Assembly (NCBI GenBank): GCA_048213135.1
Contig: PS015088.1
Span: 1-37,062, forward strand
Length of the DNA: 37,062 nucleotides
Origin: Reclinomonas americana ATCC 50394
Lineage: Eukaryota
Reading direction: 5' to 3'
The notes beneath the pieces were generated by a model, which saw nothing but the letters and a program-made list of their open reading frames with translations, searched no databases and had not been told where the DNA came from. This document shows, one piece after another, positions 1 to 11,389 of the stretch. Each line of letters starts with the position of its first letter. Position 1 is the stretch's first letter. A program made the translations under genes and the position numbers.

Positions 1-672
1 AGGGGGAGGGAGAGAAGGGGAAGGGGGAGGATGGGGAGCTGAGGTTGTATCGGTGTGTGGTGAAGTGAAAGGATGCGAGCAAGGAGGGAAAGGTTCACAA
101 CAACAGCAACACTGCTGCATGATGATCACCATCTTGACAGAAACTGAGACATCACGGAGAAAACGAGAAAAGGTCNNNNNNNNNNNNNNNNNNNNNNNNN
201 NNNNNNNNNNNNNNNNNNNNNNNNNNNNNNNNNNNNNNNNNNNNNNNNNNNNNNNNNNNNNNNNNNNNNNNNNNNNNNNNNNNNNNNNNNNNNNNNNNNN
301 NNNNNNNNNNNNNNNNNNNNNNNNNNNNNNNNNNNNNNNNNNNNNNNNNNNNNNNNNNNNNNNNNNNNNNNNNNNNNNNNNNNNNNNNNNNNNNNNNNNN
401 NNNNNNNNNNNNNNNNNNNNNNNNNNNNNNNNNNNNNNNNNNNNNNNNNNNNNNNNNNNNNNNNNNNNNNNNNNNNNNNNNNNNNNNNNNNNNNNNNNNN
501 NNNNNNNNNNNNNNNNNNNNNNNNNNNNNNNNNNNNNNNNNNNNNNNNNNNNNNNNNNNNNNNNNNNNNNNNNNNNNNNNNNNNNNNNNNNNNNNNNNNN
601 NNNNNNNNNNNNNNNNNNNNNNNNNNNNNNNNNNNNNNNNNNNNNNNNNNNNNNNNNNNNNNNNNNNNNNNN

Positions 673-1357
673 CTTCCACCTCCTCCACCACCACCACGCC
701 CACCCCCTCCGCCTCCCTCAAAAACGCCTCCAACGCCGAATCCGTCTCCTCCTGACACACCACACCATCCGCACGCCTCCGATACACCGCCCGCCTCACC
801 CGATGACACATCCAGCACTCACTCCCGCCCGCACTCCCCGCCAACACCGCCCGCATCGCCCGCGCCAACGCCCGTGCATGCCGCTCCACATACGCCACCT
901 CTGTCGCCACCACCAACACCACACGATCGCGCACGGCCTCGCACACCACCGCCGGCATCTCGCCGGTATTCCAGTCCCACTCACACGCAATCGCAGAAAC
1001 GGCATTTTCGCGCGCGTTTTCCGCGGCCAGCTGTAGCGCGTCGCTGTCGGCGTCCGTCAGCACCAGTGTGACGGGTGCTTGCTGCATGGCTGCAGCAGTG
1101 GCGACTCCTGCAGCGCCGACTCCGCAGCCGAGTTCGACAATGACCGTGGGCGGAGGCAATGAGGAGGAGGACAAGGTGGTGCTCAGGTGGTGATGCAGTG
1201 CGTGGCAGAGGTGTTGTACGGCGGGGAGCCAGAGAGTGAGGCCAGTGCCGTCGACGTCTTCTTTGCTGCTGCTCTCGTGTGTTGCTGCGTGGTGGTGGCC
1301 GCTGCGGATGGTCACGGAGGTGGAGCCGATGGTGAGGAGGGTTGTCTCGGCGCTCAT
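673..1357 (-). CDS. Class I SAM-dependent (lysine) methyltransferase, Methyltransf_16/METTL21-like; 3' end lost in N gap
   Basis: Family motifs in order: GTGLTLW, motif I VIVELGCGVGAAG, post-I LVLTD, WDW, motif II-like VVATEVAY. ATG at 1357; no intron is evident before the gap. Confidence 0.85.
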
Positions 1358-1493
1358 TATGCGTGTTTTTTCCGAGAGAGGACGAGGTGACGGTGTCCCG
1401 CTGCGACGTTCAAGGGGTGTGAGGAAAGGAGAAGGAGGGTGGGAGGGAGGGAGGGAGGGAGAGGGAGAGAGAGAAAGAAAGAGAGTCTTCTGT

Positions 1494-1674
1494 GGAAGGG
1501 AAGATGGAGAAGAATATGCTCGACATCGCTTGTGTCTTGGATATTGTCGGCAAGGGATTTGTGGGCCGACATTCGTCGCATTTTTGGAATGTGGTGAATG
1601 AAGCGCGGAACTTGAAAGAGAGCATAAGCGGAAGGAAAGATGACTGCTTGGAGAAGATGTGGACGTTTGTCGCA
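1494..1674 (+). repeat. Dispersed intergenic repeat, copy A (plus a short second partial unit at ~1630-1674)
   Basis: Shares aagggaagatg...gtcggcaagggatttgtgggc...gtcgca...ttggaatgtggtgaatgaa with 34955-35144. Confidence 0.75.
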
Positions 1675-2536
1675 GTCTTTTGTTTGAGGAACTTCAGCTC
1701 GACGTCGTAGGAAGCGTTTCTGCAAGCATCGCCAAGCCGGCTCTTCGTCGCTTGACTCGGGCCTCGTCTAAACATGCTTCAGACCATTCTCGAGAACGTT
1801 CGTGACGCTGTGACCTGCACTGAGCTGCCATGGACTCGGTGAACTCATTCTCCGTAAGTTCCAAGTGGCGGCGAATTTCTCGCATGTTGGGAATTCGTAT
1901 CATTCCCAGGCCCATCTGTTTCTCAATCGTGGTGACCTCTACCACATGCTCTTTGGTGATTTGCTCCACAGCTTCTGTCCCCCTTCCTTTCGCCCTTATT
2001 CCTTTCTCGTCCCTCGTCTCTATGCCTCTCCCGTCCATTGGCCTCTCTCGTCTTTCTACCTCTCTCGTCTCTCTTCCCCTGATTCCCTCTTCCCTTCTCT
2101 CCTCTGCTGCCCCTCTCGTCCCTCTGCCTCTCTCTGTCCCTCTCGACCCTCTGCCTCTCTCGTCCCTCTACCCCTCTCGTCTTTTTGTCCCAATTCCCTC
2201 TTCCGTTCTCGTCTCTCCGCCCTTCTCGTCCTCTTGCCCTTTCCCTCTCTCCTCTGCTGTCCTCGAATCCTTCTTCCCTATGCCCCTTGCACCCATCTCC
2301 CTAGACGCTCAGTTCCTTGTTTCTCCTCTTTCCCTCCGCCCATCATTCCGTCTTTCCCTCTGCTCAATTGCACCCTTCACCCTTTTCACCCACCTGTTGC
2401 TCCCTTAGCCCCCCTTCCTCTACCCCTTGCTCCCTTCATCTCTTACCCCTTCCCCTACCCCTTCCCCCCTCTTCTCATCCCGACCCTGCCGTCTCTGCTC
2501 TCGACAGACCTTGCTGCATTTTCCAGTCCTTGGCGT

Positions 2537-5500
2537 TTATTCCTCCTCATCGCCCAGCTCCTCAAAGTTGAGCACCACATGCCGTCGCCTGTGCTCTCCG
2601 CTGTCCGCGGAGACCTTGTGCGCGGAGACGGCGTCATGGATGCGCTGGTGAGGCCACTCGTCGACGCGAGGGTCTTGGATCTTGTGCTCGTCGACGAAGC
2701 GAAGGAGTGGTGGGAGCACCGAGAAGCTGTGATGCGGGTGAGAGGGAGGGAGGAGGGAGGGAGGGGGAGGGGGAAGGGAGGGAGAGAGAGAAAGAGGGGG
2801 AAGGGAAAGAGATAGAGATAGAGAGAGAGAGAGAGAGACGGCGAATGAACGAGAAAGAGCAAAGAACGAAAGCAGAAGAGAGATAGAAGGAGGAGGAGAA
2901 GGAGGTGAGAGAGAGGACTGACAAGCATAGCAGGCAAGACTCAGACGCAGCAAGACTACAGAGGAAATGGGAGAGAGAGTGAAAAGACACAGAGAGAGGC
3001 GAGAAGGAAAGAGAGACAGAGGCACACAGAAAGACTGAGAGAGAGAAGAGACAGCGAATGAAAAAGGAAAGAAAACAAGAAAGAAATGTAGAAACTACGA
3101 GGAGGAAGGAGGGAGACTGACAATCACAGCAGGAAAGACGCAGATGCAGCAAGAATACAGAGGGAGTGAGAGAGAGAGACAAAGAAACCACAGGTAGAGA
3201 GAGAATGAGATAGACAGACACGGAGAGAAAAAAGAACGCCGAAAATGAAAGAAGGAAAGAAAAGACGAAACAGGAAGGAGACGTGGGAAGGAGACTGGTA
3301 ACAGATGCAGCAAGATTTACAGAGGGAGTGGGAGAGAGACAAGGAGAGACAGAGAGCCAGAGAAAACGGAAGAGAAAGAGAGAGAGAATGAAAAATCAGA
3401 GATAGCAAGAGGAGGCGGGAGGGAGGGAGGGAGACAGACAAGGACAGCAGAAAAGGCACAGATGCAGCAAGCTTTACAAAGGTTGTAGGAGAGAGAGAGA
3501 GAGAGCAGAAATAGATTGAGAGAATGAAAGAAGAAAGAGGACAGCGACTGACAAAGAGAAAAAAGAGAAGAAGAAAGAAATGAAGAAAGAGGAAACACTC
3601 AGATGCAGCAAGGATTGCACAGAGAGACAAAGAGAGACTCTGTAATACGAGGAAGAGAGACGCAACGGCTCGAGAATGTGCTTGAGCGGGCACACTGCGC
3701 CAGCTCCGTGTCGGTGTCTGCGGAAAATGGTGAACGCCTGCGACGACAAAACAGCGCTGTCGACACAAAGACGCACCCCACAAAGGCCACCTTGCCGTCC
3801 ACAGCCACAAAGCGACGACACGTCTGCTCATCGAGGAACGCTGATGGTGCGTCGAGAGTGACCAGCAACACATCCACGGGCGCAATGTCGCCACCGCTAC
3901 CCGCCAGCAACGCCTCCGCGTTGTGATACTCGGCCGCCCCACATGCTTCCGCGTCCGCACGATCCCGTCCCTCCGACAGCTCGGAGCCAATGCAGCAGAC
4001 GCGGCAACCGATGGCGCTGGCAAAGAGGGTGCAGTAGCGGCCCTGACCACCAGAGATTCCTGTACGAGACCGAAGGATATGAACAGCAATTCAAGCACGG
4101 TTCTGTCGCGGGAGAGACTCACCAACCACGCCGACCCGTTCGCCCGACGTCAACCGCTGCACAGTGAGTGCCAAGTAGGCCGCGAGTCCGTCGCATAACA
4201 ATGGCGCTGAGCAACGAAATGCGTGAGGCACACAAAAGACACCATGCGCTTCTCGGCAGTCACTCACCGGCTTGCGCACCCGACACCGACTCGGGCAGGG
4301 CGACAACGAATCGTCGCGGCACGAGCATGCCACTGGCGAATCCACCGCAGTGCGGAAAGCGAAAGTTGCGATGTGCTGGTCTTGTGCACTCGTCCGGCCG
4401 ACACGCGCGACATCGTGAGCACCTGTGGCGAGTGTCAGAGAACAAGGAGACACGAATCTCAACGCAGTCGACGCAACGCTCCACACGGTGCACAAATGCC
4501 GCACACGGCCACACGTTCGCCAAACTCCAAATCCGCAATGCCGGAGCCGAGCTGTCGCAAAGGGTGGTGGGAAGGGAAGGAGGGAGGGGAAGGGGGGAGG
4601 GGAAGGAGGGAGGGGAAGGGGGGGGGGAGGAGGGAGGAGTGAGGGGAAGGGGGAGCGGAAGGAGGAGGGAGGGGAAGGGGGAGGGGAAGGAGGGAGGGGA
4701 AGGGGGAGCTGAAGGAGTGAGGGGCAGAGGGAGGGGAAGGAGGGAGGGAGGGATGAAGGAGAAATACAAACACACACACAGAGAGAGGGAGAGAGAGCAG
4801 AAGAAGAAAAAGGCACATATACATCAATGCAGACCTCCGACACAATGCCAATCACTTGGTGGCCGGGAACCACCAGTTGCGTTTCACCCTTGTCGTCGGA
4901 GGGCCACGGCAGACCCAGTAACCGGACTGCACGAATAAAAGAGTCAATGGAAGAAACTCTTCTCTCTTCAGCTCAGACCCACTCACCATCCTCTTCGCAC
5001 ACACCGCAGTGCGTGACCCGAATGTAGACGAGACCCGGCGCGCACGATACGCGACCCCAATCCACCTCCTCAATCTCTCCGCCGTCCTCGGTCACGCCGT
5101 AGCCGACGGTCTTCCCCCAGTGTAGTCCGCCAATCGACGACACATCGGTCGACGAGGGAAGCGATTGCTGATTGATGAACGAGCCGCGAGCGACAAATGA
5201 CTTGCGTCGTGCCCCCGACGTGGGTGACACGGTGAGGGATTTCGATGAGGGTGACCAGCGCAGGAGACCGGTGAACCAGGCGCGGGCCTCGGCCGGTGTG
5301 TCGAAGGCGAAGTAGTAGGTTCGGGTGCCTGGATGAGAGAAGAGTGAGGAGCAGGAAAGGGGAAGGGTGTGGAGAGTCGGAAGAGAGGGCAAAGTAGAAA
5401 CTCTCTCCTTGTACGACAGTCTCTCACGATCAACAGCGCGATAAAGTATTATCATCGCACTCATACATGTTACTTCCTCGGACTTGTTCTCTTCCCCTCA

Positions 5501-8500
5501 TTGCTCCTCCCTTCAGCAACTCCCACGCAACGACTCGCAGTTTGCGTGTCCATGCACACAATGTTGTTGCGGCCCTTGTACTGGTCGAGCACAAACACCG
5601 CCAGCACGCTTTGGCGCTCGATGAAGCCCTTGGAGACCGTCAACTAATGCAGACAGTGAGCGACATTCCGCTGCACTGAAGCACACAGCAACTCACCGTC
5701 GCGTCCGTATAATACTCGAGTGCACGCTGCGTCAACAAAAAGTACCGCCTCTTCCATGACTTCCACAAGCCGCCTGACGACAACGTGCCGCGGTCAGCAT
5801 GTGCCGTGCACGCACTCCATGATAGAACGCACCTTCTTTTGTGCCCCATCCGTGCAATCCGTCGACGCCGGCCACATATGAGCGCACTGATGGTGCCGCT
5901 TCTGGATGGTCCGCGTTTCTGTGGCACCACATTCAGCAAAATAGTGCATGCGACCGGAGAGCATGCCGAAGCCGCGGCACGCAACAATTGCCGCTCGAGG
6001 AAGACGCCGATGCGGTCCCACATGAGAGCGCACTCGGGAGCAGCAAAGGCGCCAAGCCTCCACTGCGCACGTGTCGTCTCCGAGAGGCCGGACATCTGCA
6101 AGGGGAGACAACGGAAAGGACAAGGGAGAAATGAGAAGGGGGAAGGAACAGGGGGGAAGGACAAGGGGGAAGGAAAGGGGGAGAAAAAGGGGGAAGGAAC
6201 AGGGTGAAGGAACAGGGGGAAGGAGAAGGGGGAGGGTGAAGGGGGAAGGTGAAGGGGGAAGGTGAAGGGGGACGGTGAAGGGGGAAGGTGAAGGGGGAAG
6301 GTGAAGGGGGAAGGTGAAGGGGGAAGGTGAAGGGGGAAGGAACAGGGGAAGGAGACGGGGCAGCGGGAAAGGAACATGGGGGATAGCGACAACGGGGAGT
6401 GTGCCATTTCTCACCGGAATCATGAATCCGTGGCCACAGTCGGCGTACCACCACACTTGCAGGTGTGGCGATGCCGAAAGCGACTCGCACCACTTTCTCG
6501 GCTCCCACTCATCACCCTCGCCCAAGTGCATCTCCAGTGACACCTCCAGTGGTATTGACAGGTCGCACACTTCGGTAGGTGGGAGGCGAGGTCCTGCGGC
6601 CACCACGGCGTCGATGTGAGCCAGGGAGTCGGCGGCCGCTCTGCAGAATGGAGAGCGGGGGCGTTGAGAGGTGAAGAAATGGAGAGAGCAAATGGGGGAG
6701 AAGGAGCGCAACAAGGCCGCCGTGGCTCCGACACCGATACCCAGCAGGCACACATACATGGCGCCGGCCTCCTACAAGAGCGTGGGGGTCAGGAAAAGGA
6801 GAGGACATAAAAGTAGATGGTCACACGAGACCTTCAACTCGGCCACCACACTGCCGATATTGCTGATCAGCGCGGACCAGTCGAAGAGAACCGAGTAGTC
6901 GAGGGGCTGCGTGAGGAGGGAAAGGGAGGCGACAATGAGGAATGGTGAATCGCGAGTGTCCTCTCTCAATCGCTTGCTCCAACAAACATGAGGGATACCA
7001 CAGGGAGTGTCACGTTGCAAGGGAGACTCGACAGCGGAGGAGAGCAGAGACAGCTGGACCTCAATATTACATGACAGACGAGAAGAGACAACTGAATCGA
7101 GTGCGTCAGATTGCAGGCAGCAAGGACATATCGCAATGCAAGAGGGGAGTCCAGACGCGGGAGATGGAAGCAGGAGAAAATGAGGCATTGCAGAGAAAAG
7201 TCAACTGACGAGAGGAGACAACTGGATTCAGTGTCTTGGCTGCATTCAGGGCTAACTCTCATGTGCAGCTTCCCACGATCCCCTCGTTCATGTCTGCATC
7301 TTGCCAGCTCCGCCTTTGCACATGCAATCCCACTTGTCTCTTCCCTCATACTGGTCTTATTCTCGCATCCAGCTCTCTCTGCCCTCCGCCACTCCCACGA
7401 TCTCCTGCTCTTTGCTTCGTGCAATCCCAGTTGTCTCTTCCCATATTGATCCATCACACGTCCAACTCTCACATGTCCGGCCCCCCTCTACCCCTTCCTC
7501 CACTCTCTCTCTCTCTCTCTCTCTCTNNNNNNNNNNNNNNNNNNNNNNNNNNNNNNNNNNNNNNNNNNNNNNNNNNNNNNNNNNNNNNNNNNNNNNNNNN
7601 NNNNNNNNNNNNNNNNNNNNNNNNNNNNNNNNNNNNNNNNNNNNNNNNNNNNNNNNNNNNNNNNNNNNNNNNNNNNNNNNNNNNNNNNNNNNNNNNNNNN
7701 NNNNNNNNNNNNNNNNNNNNNNNNNNNNNNNNNNNNNNNNNNNNNNNNNNNNNNNNNNNNNNNNNNNNNNNNNNNNNNNNNNNNNNNNNNNNNNNNNNNN
7801 NNNNNNNNNNNNNNNNNNNNNNNNNNNNNNNNNNNNNNNNNNNNNNNNNNNNNNNNNNNNNNNNNNNNNNNNNNNNNNNNNNNNNNNNNNNNNNNNNNNN
7901 NNNNNNNNNNNNNNNNNNNNNNNNNNNNNNNNNNNNNNNNNNNNNNNNNNNNNNNNNNNNNNNNNNNNNNNNNNNNNNNNNNNNNNNNNNNNNNNNNNNN
8001 NNNNNNNNNNNNNNNNNNNNNNNNNNNNNNNNNNNNNNNNNNNNNNNNNNNNNNNNNNNNNNNNNNNNNNNNNNNNNNNNNNNNNNNNNNNNNNNNNNNN
8101 NNNNNNNNNNNNNNNNNNNNNNNNNNNNNNNNNNNNNNNNNNNNNNNNNNNNNNNNNTTCACCTCACCTCCTCCTCCCTCCCACCATCACCACTGACTTC
8201 CAACGACGCCGACGACCACACATCCGGCGCCACCAACACCACCACCGACGCAGCAGCAGCAGAAGAAGAAGACTCCACTCGCAACCTGCTCGCCACCTGC
8301 CTCACTGCCTCACTCATCGCTCCCCGATTCCCGCCACTGTTCGCCCACAACGGAGACGCAGGCAGGAGGACTACAGTGGCGCGTCCGTTCACCAGTGATC
8401 CAATGGAAGAGGAAGAGGCGGCTGCGGCTGCGGAGGGTGATGTTGTGGTGTGAGAGGTGAGTGGGATGCACCATGCGGGAATGGTGGAGTCGTCGTCTGT

Positions 8501-8581
8501 GGCGAGGAGGGTGTGAGTGATTGAAGGAGATGGGCAGGTGCGTGTGTGGTGACCATTGACGAGGAACTCCACGTGTTGCAT
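2537..8581 (-). CDS. Multi-exon fusion protein: dienelactone-hydrolase-like alpha/beta hydrolase + PH domain + zinc-binding alcohol dehydrogenase (MDR)-like domain
   Basis: Inferred exons (high-low): 8581-~8198, [gap], 6906-6832, 6771-6713, 6640-6415, 6095-5986, 5918-5833, 5773-5697, 5643-5532, 5328-4987, 4926-4835, 4551-4478, 4422-4268, 4206-4123, 4059-3777, 3717-3667, 2726-2537; phases are consistent. DLH motifs: VLVAPDVW, LLGIGVGA, HLGEGD, YADCGHGF, WDRIGVFL. PH: LHGWGTKEGGLWKSWKRRYFLL...EARAW. ADH: VTHCGVC, VPGHQVIG, CGACSRCRACRPDEC, APLLCDG, GISGGQG. Confidence 0.8.
2930..3630 (+). repeat. Degenerate ~160-bp intronic tandem repeat anchored on caga(t/c)gcagcaag
   Basis: Anchor recurs near 2942, 3141, 3302, 3459 and 3600 amid GA-rich sequence. 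Confidence 0.65.
6234..6340 (+). repeat. 13-bp intronic minisatellite (ggtgaagggggaa), about 8 copies
   Basis: Directly visible tandem units inside intron 6096-6414. Confidence 0.85.
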
Positions 8582-8790
8582 GCTATGCGCGCGCGTGTTT
8601 GTCTGATTAGATTTGACTGCAACTGCGCGGGACATTCCGTCGTGAGAGGTTTTCTGCGTGGAGCGGTTGTGCGTTACGGTGGTGCTCGTGCAGCATGAGG
8701 AAGTGAGGGATGTGGAGCTCTTTGACGCGCATTTTTTTATTGCGCGACGTCGCGATATTGTTCGACGTCGAGTAATAACGATTCACTCCT

Positions 8791-9215
8791 GGCATCAGCT
8801 GTCTTGACGACCAAGTCCGACCATATCCGAAGCATCCACGCAATACAAGACGGCAGAAGCGCGGTTTCTGTTTCAACCACATCACCAATGACGACACCAC
8901 CACTGCTTCGCTTTCGCTTGCTTCGAATTCTGTGATCCGGACCCGGCTTTGCTTTGTTTGCCTGGCTTATGGCCTTTTCCCGAATTCGATGTGCCGTGTA
9001 CGATCGCAGAAAACACTATGCGTCTATGCAAGTGCGTCTAATCCACTGGTCAACCACGCTTATGCGGTACAGATCGCAGTTCTCGATTTGTTCGGAGCTC
9101 CGAGAGCGAACACACACACACACACATGTACAAGGAACCTGCTGCTGTCTCAAGATTGGTGTTTGTGTTGATGTTTTGGATACGGTTGAACTTGGTCATC
9201 AAGACAGCTGTTGCT
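8791..9215. repeat. Imperfect inverted repeat (arms 8791-8846 and 9161-9215) between divergent genes; MITE-like or mirrored promoter element
   Basis: Left-arm reverse complement gtattgcgtggatgcttcggatatggtcggacttggtcgtcaagacagctgatgcc vs right arm gtttgtgttgatgttttggatacggttgaacttggtcatcaagacagctgttgct; the 20-nt core has one mismatch. Confidence 0.75.
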
Positions 9216-9338
9216 TGTTTGTTGGTGAATGAATTGTTGTTGTTGGCAGTGTCGTCCGTTCGCAAAGGACAACTGTCCACCACCACAAGGTTTACAGTAA
9301 CTTCACCACTTTCCCCCTTTCCCCCTTCCCCACGCAAG

Positions 9339-10493
9339 ATGGAGCCACCTCCCGGCCCCCCGCCCTTCCTTCGCAAGGAGATGGTTGACGTGGGCCACGA
9401 AGTGGTCGCCGTGGCCATCACACCCGACAGCAAGTTTGTGGTGTACTTGTGTAAGGACCCGGAGCGCTCGGTGCGCACCATGCCTCTGGTAGCTGACAAG
9501 GAGTGGCTGCTCGACGCGCCGCTCGTGCAAGCCTCTCGCAACACGGCGCTAGCGCTGACGCACGACGGCCAGCATGCCGTGATCGGCAACGAAGACGGGC
9601 TGCTGGTGGTGCTCTCGCTGGATCCGGAGAGCGCGCAAGGCTGCGAGACCGCCTGCGTGTTCAGCCAGTTCCACGAGCCGCGGGCCATAGAGTCGATTGT
9701 TGTCGATCGCAGCAACTTGCTCGTCGTCTGCAGCAGCGGCGCGAGGGCGTACGTGCGCCTGCTGGCGACGGGCGAGGAACTCATGTGCCTGCGCAAGCAC
9801 ACCGACCTCATCACGGCGGTGGCGCTGACGCCGGACTGCGCCCGAGTCGTGACCGCCGGCCACGACTCCAGAATCCGCGTGTGGAACATGTCCACGGGCA
9901 GGCAGGAGCTGCGCATCCCGAGCGGGCACGGTCCCATGTCGGCCATGGCCGTCACCCCCGATGGCCTGCGCGTGCTGGCCGGCGCCTTCGAAGGCATGAT
10001 CTACGAGTGGTCTCTCACGGACGGCAAGCAGCTGCGTATGCTCTGCGGCCACACGGCCTGGGTGACGGCGCTGGTGATGGCGCCCGACGGCCGCCACATG
10101 GTGTCCGGCAGCCAGGACCGCACGATCCGCGTGTGGTCTCTCGACGCCGACAACTGCGAGGAGCTGCGTTGCCTGCACGGGCACGCCGACCTGGGCGTGC
10201 TGTCGCTGGCCATTGCGCCGGACAGCAGCCACATTGTCTCTGGCGGCGACGACGGCACCGTGCGCGTGTGGCGCACCGCCTACAGCGAGGTGTGTTTCGA
10301 TCTCCAGTGCGCCGAAAAGGCGGCCAAGGTGGTCAGTCGCATGCTGGCGCCTGCGGCAGAGGCAGACGACGACGACGACGACGAATTCGAAGACCCGCGC
10401 TGCCTGGTGGACATTGTGCTGCGCTGCTTCATTGTCGAGGACGCGCGGGTGACCGTTCACCAGTACATCGTCGCCGGGGAGTTCTTCCCTTGA
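9339..10493 (+). CDS. Intronless WD40-repeat protein with the same C-terminal motif as the 17.3-24.6 kb array (divergent paralog)
   Basis: WD repeats (KHTDLITAVALTPD...IRVWN; GHTAWVTALVMAPDG...IRVWS; GHADLG...VRVWR) and tail DPRCLVDIVLRCFIVED. ATG 9339 is preferred over ORF-track start 9126 because upstream sequence is non-coding-like. Confidence 0.88.
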   Translation: MEPPPGPPPFLRKEMVDVGHEVVAVAITPDSKFVVYLCKDPERSVRTMPLVADKEWLLDAPLVQASRNTALALTHDGQHAVIGNEDGLLVVLSLDPESAQGCETACVFSQFHEPRAIESIVVDRSNLLVVCSSGARAYVRLLATGEELMCLRKHTDLITAVALTPDCARVVTAGHDSRIRVWNMSTGRQELRIPSGHGPMSAMAVTPDGLRVLAGAFEGMIYEWSLTDGKQLRMLCGHTAWVTALVMAPDGRHMVSGSQDRTIRVWSLDADNCEELRCLHGHADLGVLSLAIAPDSSHIVSGGDDGTVRVWRTAYSEVCFDLQCAEKAAKVVSRMLAPAAEADDDDDDEFEDPRCLVDIVLRCFIVEDARVTVHQYIVAGEFFP

Positions 10494-11389
10494 TATTGAT
10501 CGACGTTGCATGCGCATGCGCAGGGTCTTTCTTTTTCACCACGCCCCCCCCACGAACACATCTATCGCTGTGTATCTTTATACTCGCCCCCTCTCTTGCC
10601 ACATGACAGCCTCGGAAAAATGAACTTCGTTTTTGTACAGGCAATGCAATTGTGTACATGTCCTGCTTTGTTGTACGTACTCNNNNNNNNNNNNNNNNNN
10701 NNNNNNNNNNNNNNNNNNNNNNNNNNNNNNNNNNNNNNNNNNNNNNNNNNNNNNNNNNNNNNNNNNNNNNNNNNNNNNNNNNNNNNNNNNNNNNNNNNNN
10801 NNNNNNNNNNNNNNNNNNNNNNNNNNNNNNNNNNNNNNNNNNNNNNNNNNNNNNNNNNNNNNNNNNNNNNNNNNNNNNNNNNNNNNNNNNNNNNNNNNNN
10901 NNNNNNNNNNNNNNNNNNNNNNNNNNNNNNNNNNNNNNNNNNNNNNNNNNNNNNNNNNNNNNNNNNNNNNNNNNNNNNNNNNNNNNNNNNNNNNNNNNNN
11001 NNNNNNNNNNNNNNNNNNNNNNNNNNNNNNNNNNNNNNNNNNNNNNNNNNNNNNNNNNNNNNNNNNNNNNNNNNNNNNNNNNNNNNNNNNNNNNNNNNNN
11101 NNNNNNNNNNNNNNNNNNNNNNNNNNNNNNNNNNNNNNNNNNNNNNNNNNNNNNNNNNNNNNNNNNAGAGAGAGAGAGAGAGAGAGAGAGAAAGAAAAGG
11201 AAAGGCAGCGAGAATGCATCTTGCTTGGCACACGTTGCTGAGCTGCAATGCCTTTATCTCCGTGCGTCGATGTACTGTGGGTTGCCGCGTTGTGCTGTGT
11301 CGTGTTGGAGAGTTTTTCTTTATGCAGCTGGGATTTCCAACTGTTGTATCACGCGCGCGGTGTTGTCTCACAAGACTCGCGTTGCACAG

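Noticed and set aside
1830-4125. Long L/S/P/F-rich ORFs resembling membrane proteins (also at 13482-15523 and 24726-25654)
   Set aside because: They are translations of CT/GA microsatellite intron or intergenic DNA; ORFs spanning N runs are also artefacts.
9503-10606. Long alternative-frame and antisense ORFs over WD40 genes
   Set aside because: These are expected shadows of GC-rich codon usage with no recognisable domains.
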